Both the position numbers and the translations under genes were made by a program. DNA of 64,000 nt from the NCBI GenBank assembly GCA_963664815.2, contig CAXXHB010000002.1:224001-288000 (forward strand), written 5' to 3'. Below, one piece after another: positions 58,918-64,000 of the stretch. The DNA comes from Spirochaetota bacterium. Lineage in GTDB: Bacteria; Spirochaetota; UBA4802; UBA5550. The first letter of the stretch is position 1. Each line of letters begins with the position of its first letter. The notes under the pieces were generated by a model. That model made no database searches and had not been told where the DNA came from. It worked only from the letters and a program-made list of their open reading frames with translations.

Positions 58918-60532
58918 GTTTAATGAAATTAAAGAGTATGATATTATAGTTATCGGAGGGGGTATCACAGGTGCCGCTGTTGCCTACGACGCTGCTTCAA
59001 GAGGTCTTTCTGTAGCGCTAATTGAAAAAGACGACTTCGGATCGAAAACCTCTTCCGCCACATCCAAACTCATTCATGGAGGACTGCGTTATCTGGCAAA
59101 TTTTGAACTTTCACTTGTCAGAGAATCATTAAAAGAGAGAAGGATTCTTGAAAATATCGCTCCGAATTTTGTCTATCCTGTACCAAACATGATAATATTC
59201 AACAATCCTTCGATTAAAAAGCAGAGAATTCCATTAAAGATAGGGATGATTTTATATGATATACTCTCCTTTGATAAAAAATTTACATGGGATAAAAATA
59301 AGAGACTGCCTTCTCACAAGAGTATTTCAAGAGAAGATACCATCAAGGGTGAACCACGGCTGGACAGCAAAAACTTAAGCGGTTCCCTTGTTTATTATGA
59401 CTGTGCCAGTCTCTTCCCTGAACGCCTGACCCTTTCCTTTATCAAGTCTGCAGCAGCAAAAGGGGCTGATATTGCAAACTACATGGAACTGACCAGTTTT
59501 GTTATTAATAACAATAAAATTGAAGGTATCAATGCAGATGATAAAATAAGAAACCGCAAAGTTTCAATAAAGGGAAAGCTTACAATTAATTGTGCAGGCC
59601 CCTGGGCTGACCGGGTTCTTTCACTTACAGGGAGCGCCAGACATCACGAGATTCTCCGCAGATCCGAAGGTATACATATTATAACCAGACAGATATTCAC
59701 TAAATATGTTGTTACATCAACTACACCCGGCGGCCGGCATATCTTTATAATCCCGTGGAGAGGCTACTCTCTAATAGGAACAACCGACAAAGAATATATC
59801 GGCAGCCCCGATGACTGGAAAATAACAAAAGAAAGCATTCATGAACTGATTGATGATGTTAACGCATCTTTCGGTGAAAATGTAAGAATTTCATACGATG
59901 ATGTTGTTTACTGCTACGGTGGACTAAGGCCTCTTGTCGAGGATCAGACTGAAGATGTATACGAATCCTCACGAAAATATGAAATCTTTGACAACACTAT
60001 TGATGGCTTTGACGGACTTATTACTGTTGAGGGTGGGAAATTTACAACCAGCCGGAATCTTGCAGACAATGTAATGAAACTCGCCATGAAAAAACTAAAG
60101 ATCCCGTATAAAAAAGCCGGGACTGAAACGGAGTATCTTTACGGTTCCGAGATAGAAGACATTGATGCCTTTATCAGATTCTGTAAAAATAAATATTCCT
60201 TTCTTCCCGAAAACGCTGTAGATTACCTTGCAAGAATATACGGCACCGAGATTGATTCTCTCCTTGAATCGGTCAAAAAGGATAAGTCTCTTATTCAGCC
60301 GTTAACACCTGAGGGTGAAATTCCGGCACAGATCGTTTACGCAATACAGAATGAAATGGCAACCAGTCTCGCAGACATTTTATTCAGGAGAACTGGACTT
60401 GGAACCCTGGGCCATCCGGGGAAAAAAGTCCTTAAAAGAACTGCTGATATTGCCGGGGATCTTTTAAAGTGGAGCGAAAGCAGAAAAAACAGAGAAATTA
60501 CCGAAGCGGAAAAGCTTTTTTTAAAACCATAA
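58904..60532 (+). CDS. glpD: FAD-dependent glycerol-3-phosphate dehydrogenase/oxidase-like protein
   Basis: IGGGITG, TSSATSKLIHGGLRYL, GIHI, GTTD, GLRPL, GGKFTT and RRT. The true substrate may differ. Confidence 0.85.
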   Translation: MIRTEFNEIKEYDIIVIGGGITGAAVAYDAASRGLSVALIEKDDFGSKTSSATSKLIHGGLRYLANFELSLVRESLKERRILENIAPNFVYPVPNMIIFNNPSIKKQRIPLKIGMILYDILSFDKKFTWDKNKRLPSHKSISREDTIKGEPRLDSKNLSGSLVYYDCASLFPERLTLSFIKSAAAKGADIANYMELTSFVINNNKIEGINADDKIRNRKVSIKGKLTINCAGPWADRVLSLTGSARHHEILRRSEGIHIITRQIFTKYVVTSTTPGGRHIFIIPWRGYSLIGTTDKEYIGSPDDWKITKESIHELIDDVNASFGENVRISYDDVVYCYGGLRPLVEDQTEDVYESSRKYEIFDNTIDGFDGLITVEGGKFTTSRNLADNVMKLAMKKLKIPYKKAGTETEYLYGSEIEDIDAFIRFCKNKYSFLPENAVDYLARIYGTEIDSLLESVKKDKSLIQPLTPEGEIPAQIVYAIQNEMATSLADILFRRTGLGTLGHPGKKVLKRTADIAGDLLKWSESRKNREITEAEKLFLKP

Positions 60533-60547
60533 TCTGGAGTATATACT

Positions 60548-62266
60548 ATGAGCGGAAAAACATTTGAACCAGCCTGGAGAGAAACCCCCCCGGTTGAAAA
60601 AAGCAGCAGATCCATCTTTAAATGGGGCGCATCAGCTGAATATAAACACCCCAATCATAAACTTTACGAAGAGATTAAAAATACCTTCCACCTTGACGAC
60701 ACGCATTTTTCATCAGTTACAACTACCGGTGATGAATTAATTTCTTTTAAACGACCTTTGAAACTCAAAAAAACAGATGTTTCCAGACTTGAAAACATTG
60801 CAGGAAAAAATAATATACAAACTGACGAATATAGCCGTTTGAAATTTTCCACCGGTAAGACCGTTGAAGAGGCCATTAACCTCCGTAATGGTAAATTCAG
60901 CTCAATTTCTGATATTGTAATACACCCCGAATCAGAATCTGTCATTTCTGAAATTGTCAAATACTGCAACTCCCGGAAAATCCCGGTTTATGTTTTCGGC
61001 GGGGGCTCATCTGTCAACTTCGGCCTTAAGGCTTCAAAGGGTGGAGTTACCCTGGTGATGAATACACACATGAACAAAGTGCTGGAGCTGAATGAGCTTA
61101 ACCAGACTGTCACAGTACAGGCAGGAATAATGGGGCCAGCCCTTGAAAATTCACTCAACAATGCCGCAGAGATTTTCGGCGCCGGAACAGCTTATACATG
61201 CGGACATTTCCCGCAGTCTTTTGAATATTCATCTGCCGGCGGCTGGGTTTCAACAATAGGGTCCGGCCAGGCTTCATCATATTATGGAGATGCCTATGAT
61301 CTGGTCATAAGCCAGAAATATATCACACCATCCGGCAGTTTTACTACATTGAACTATCCGGCAACAGCAACCGGGCCGAAGGTAAATGATATAATGAAGG
61401 GAAGTGAAGGGACTTTCGGTATACTTGTTGAAGTCACTCTTAAAATTTTTAAGTATATGCCGCAGAACAGGAAAAGATTCGGCTTTATTTTTCCGACTTT
61501 CCAGGATGCAGTAAACGCCGGGAGAGAAATTTCCCAGGGTGAATTCGGGATGCCTGCGGTCTTCCGTATTTCCGACGAGGAGGAGACTCATATAGGACTT
61601 AAGCTCTACGGTATAGACGGAACAATTCTTGACAGGGCAATTCAGCTTCGCGGCTTTAAACCTATGAAACGCTGCCTGTTTCTCGGATCAAGTGAGGGTG
61701 AAAAACACTTTACAAAAAATGTAAAAAAACAGGTAAAAAAGATCTGCCGCAAACATGGAGGAATGTACATTTCCGGTCTGCCAGCCAGGATGTGGGAACC
61801 TGGCCGCTATAAAGATCCATACCTCAGAGAAGATCTTCATGATTACGGCATTTTAATTGACACGCTTGAAACAGGCGTATGCTGGGATAACCTTCATAAA
61901 ATCCATTCCGAGGTAAGAGAATATATCAAGGCACGCCCTGAAACCATATGCATGACTCATTCTTCACATTTTTATCCGCAGGGGACAAACCTCTATTTCA
62001 TTTTTATCATGAAAGACAACGGAGTTAAAGATTATATAAAATTTCAGGAAGGCGTTATAGATTCAATCTGTAAAAGCGGCGGATCCCTCAGCCATCATCA
62101 TGGTGTGGGAAAAATGATTGCACCATGGATGGAAAAACATCTCGGGAAGGAGCAGATGGATATCCTCCGGGCAATTAAAAAGCACCTCGATCCCAATAAT
62201 ATAATGAATCCGGGAGGACAGCTGGGCCTTGATATTAAAGACAAAAACTGGAGAGATATAAAATAA
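60548..62266 (+). CDS. Alkyl-dihydroxyacetonephosphate synthase-like FAD oxidoreductase (VAO/PCMH family)
   Basis: GGGSSV, GHFPQSFEYSSAGGWVST, GSEGTFG, DTLET, NLYFIF, SHHHGVGK and DPNNIMNPG. Confidence 0.85.
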   Translation: MSGKTFEPAWRETPPVEKSSRSIFKWGASAEYKHPNHKLYEEIKNTFHLDDTHFSSVTTTGDELISFKRPLKLKKTDVSRLENIAGKNNIQTDEYSRLKFSTGKTVEEAINLRNGKFSSISDIVIHPESESVISEIVKYCNSRKIPVYVFGGGSSVNFGLKASKGGVTLVMNTHMNKVLELNELNQTVTVQAGIMGPALENSLNNAAEIFGAGTAYTCGHFPQSFEYSSAGGWVSTIGSGQASSYYGDAYDLVISQKYITPSGSFTTLNYPATATGPKVNDIMKGSEGTFGILVEVTLKIFKYMPQNRKRFGFIFPTFQDAVNAGREISQGEFGMPAVFRISDEEETHIGLKLYGIDGTILDRAIQLRGFKPMKRCLFLGSSEGEKHFTKNVKKQVKKICRKHGGMYISGLPARMWEPGRYKDPYLREDLHDYGILIDTLETGVCWDNLHKIHSEVREYIKARPETICMTHSSHFYPQGTNLYFIFIMKDNGVKDYIKFQEGVIDSICKSGGSLSHHHGVGKMIAPWMEKHLGKEQMDILRAIKKHLDPNNIMNPGGQLGLDIKDKNWRDIK

Positions 62267-62291
62267 ATTTATTTTATATCTGTGCAGAAAG

Positions 62292-62325
62292 GCCTGTTCC
62301 AATAGATATTTATTCCGGAACAGGC
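62292..62325. terminator. Hairpin between convergent genes
   Basis: GCCTGTTCC...GGAACAGGC with a long loop. Confidence 0.45.
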
Positions 62326-62347
62326 AGATATTTAAACCACAATAATA

Positions 62348-62710
62348 TCAGTTGTCTGTCTGATGTTTCAGATGTTTAAAAATTATTTTCTGATCTTCAG
62401 GATCAGTGAAATATGCGCCGATACTTCTTTTACCTTCAGTTTCTTCACTGAATACACAAAGGCATTTAATATACGAATCAATATCGTAGTATTTCAGATA
62501 AAAAAAATCACCGGATGTAACAGATATATTAATGTCTACATTAATACCTATCCCAAGGGGGCTTAAATTTTCTATTTCAGATTTTACTTCTTTGTCATCA
62601 ATAAGAACTATCGGCTTTTGCAGAATTTCCGGGATTTCTTTGATTGATAATCTTACTGTTTTTCTTGTATTCATATCAGCTCTTGACGGTTTTTTAAAGT
62701 TATCTGTCAT
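62348..62710 (-). CDS. Stand-alone PilZ-domain protein
   Basis: RKTVR (RxxxR) and NLSPLG ([D/N]xSxxG) c-di-GMP-binding motifs, then IGAYF. Confidence 0.7.
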   Translation of the reverse strand: MTDNFKKPSRADMNTRKTVRLSIKEIPEILQKPIVLIDDKEVKSEIENLSPLGIGINVDINISVTSGDFFYLKYYDIDSYIKCLCVFSEETEGKRSIGAYFTDPEDQKIIFKHLKHQTDN

Positions 62711-62914
62711 TTTATGGCTATTCCTGCATTAATAAAAATCAGAGAAATGTTTCAATACTTTTAACAATATTGAGACAGCTCTTAATATATAATATATGCT
62801 GAATGCAGAATTAAAAAATATTATCTGATATTTTTTATACCAGTTCTTTTACTGTCATGCTGTGCAGGTATGTTTTTTATAAAACGCTGTTTTTCCTTTT
62901 TTATCTGCATTTAC

Positions 62915-62950
62915 AAAAAAAAGAGGGAATCGTTCAGAACCCTCTTTTTT
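62915..62950. terminator. Rho-independent terminator after the VWA gene
   Basis: AAAAAAAGAGGG...CCCTCTTTTTTT. Confidence 0.7.
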
Positions 62951-63017
62951 ATTATTAATACAGATCCGGAAATAAAAATACTATATTAATAATCAAAGCT
63001 GCTGATGTAATTTTATT

Positions 63018-63998
63018 TTACCGGTTATATAATGAACATTTTCCTGTCATAAGATATTTAACCCCTTCATCCAGCCCGTCCAGTGTAAGTTCAAACATCG
63101 GGAAAACGTCACGGACCATTCTTATTGAATGAACATACTCCCACGATCTTTTAGGAAGAGGATTAAGCCATATTGCATCTTTAAACTTGTCTTTGAAGCG
63201 CTGCATCCAGACTAGCCCTGGAATATCATTGTGATACCAGTAATCAACCGCGCCGTTGGCCCATGTCAGTTCAGACGGAGCCATCTCTGCATCTCCGACT
63301 ATTATCACTTTGTAATCAGAATCTTCACTTTTCAGCATTTCCAGCGTTGATATGGAAGTGTTTCTCTCCATATCTGTCCATAAATCCTGATAAAACGCAT
63401 TGTGAAAATAGAAATGCTTAAACTTGCTGATCTGTGACGCAGAGGCGGAAAACAGCCTTTCAACAAGTTCAGCAAATGGAGTCATTGAACCTCCGACATC
63501 CATAAGCAGCATAACTTTTGAACTCTTTTTTTCCTTATCCTGCCAGACAAGCTCTATCTCGCCGGCATTTTTATTGCATGTCACATCAATTGTCTTTTTA
63601 AGGTCGAGCTTCTCCCCGACACCCATAGGCAAAAGCGATCTCAGGTGGGCAAGAGCAACCCTCATCTGTCTGGTATCAAGAGTAATATCACTGGAATAAT
63701 TTCTGAATGTCCTTTTCTCGGCTATCTGTATTGCCCTTTTATGTCTGGACTCACCCTGCCCTATTCTTATCCCTGCCGGATTATATCCCCACGCGCCCTG
63801 AGTGGAACGTCCTCCGGTTCCGATAGCTTTGTTTCCCCCTACATGTTCCTTGTAGTGCCCCTGTTTCAGCTGCTCCTCAAAATTTCTGAGAACCTCATCC
63901 AGATTAAGCTGCTCAATCTGCTTTTTCTCCTCCTCTGAGAGATGAAGCTCTTTAACTTTTTTTAACCCCGCAAGAATCTTTTCAAGCATTTCATCAGT
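63018..63998 (-). CDS. VWA-domain (CoxE-like) protein, 5'-truncated by window edge
   Basis: H.GGNK.IGTGG.S, MIDAS DVGGSM, FYFHN, IIVGDA.M.P.EL and WLNP. The frame is open to the window end. Confidence 0.85.
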   Translation of the reverse strand, partial: TDEMLEKILAGLKKVKELHLSEEEKKQIEQLNLDEVLRNFEEQLKQGHYKEHVGGNKAIGTGGRSTQGAWGYNPAGIRIGQGESRHKRAIQIAEKRTFRNYSSDITLDTRQMRVALAHLRSLLPMGVGEKLDLKKTIDVTCNKNAGEIELVWQDKEKKSSKVMLLMDVGGSMTPFAELVERLFSASASQISKFKHFYFHNAFYQDLWTDMERNTSISTLEMLKSEDSDYKVIIVGDAEMAPSELTWANGAVDYWYHNDIPGLVWMQRFKDKFKDAIWLNPLPKRSWEYVHSIRMVRDVFPMFELTLDGLDEGVKYLMTGKCSLYNR

Positions 63999-64000
63999 AG

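Overview
AT-rich, gene-dense bacterial chromosomal segment, most likely from an anaerobic Leptospira-related spirochaete. The evidence is two short FlaB-type periplasmic flagellins, a 7TM-DISM/HK/REC/SpoIIE sensor and a spirochaete-type GAF-GGDEF cyclase. I saw no rRNA, tRNA, CRISPR array, prophage or transposase. The first 30 kb is dominated by acyl-CoA metabolism: the 3' part of hbd, two C45 Ntn-hydrolases flanking a hybrid sensor, a sigma54-activated fixABCX/acyl-CoA dehydrogenase/PaaG-like crotonase/SDR operon, and a two-component system next to thl-bcd-crt-CoA transferase genes whose two promoters share a 29-bp identical box. The rest is mostly housekeeping (alaS, guaA, purE, a polar amino acid ABC transporter, a beta-CASP nuclease, ruvC, yebC, ppdK, a DEAD-box helicase), plus TPR proteins, c-di-GMP proteins and a GntR-glpD-alkyl-DHAP-synthase-like operon. 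Best novel-system candidate: a Tgt fused to an MnmC-type aminomethyl N-methyltransferase, which could make N-methyl-preQ1 at tRNA position 34. The next candidates are an rrn-type boxA between terminator-like hairpins in the flaB-flaB spacer, and a possible ether-lipid catabolic operon. All calls come from reading motifs by eye; no database searches were run.
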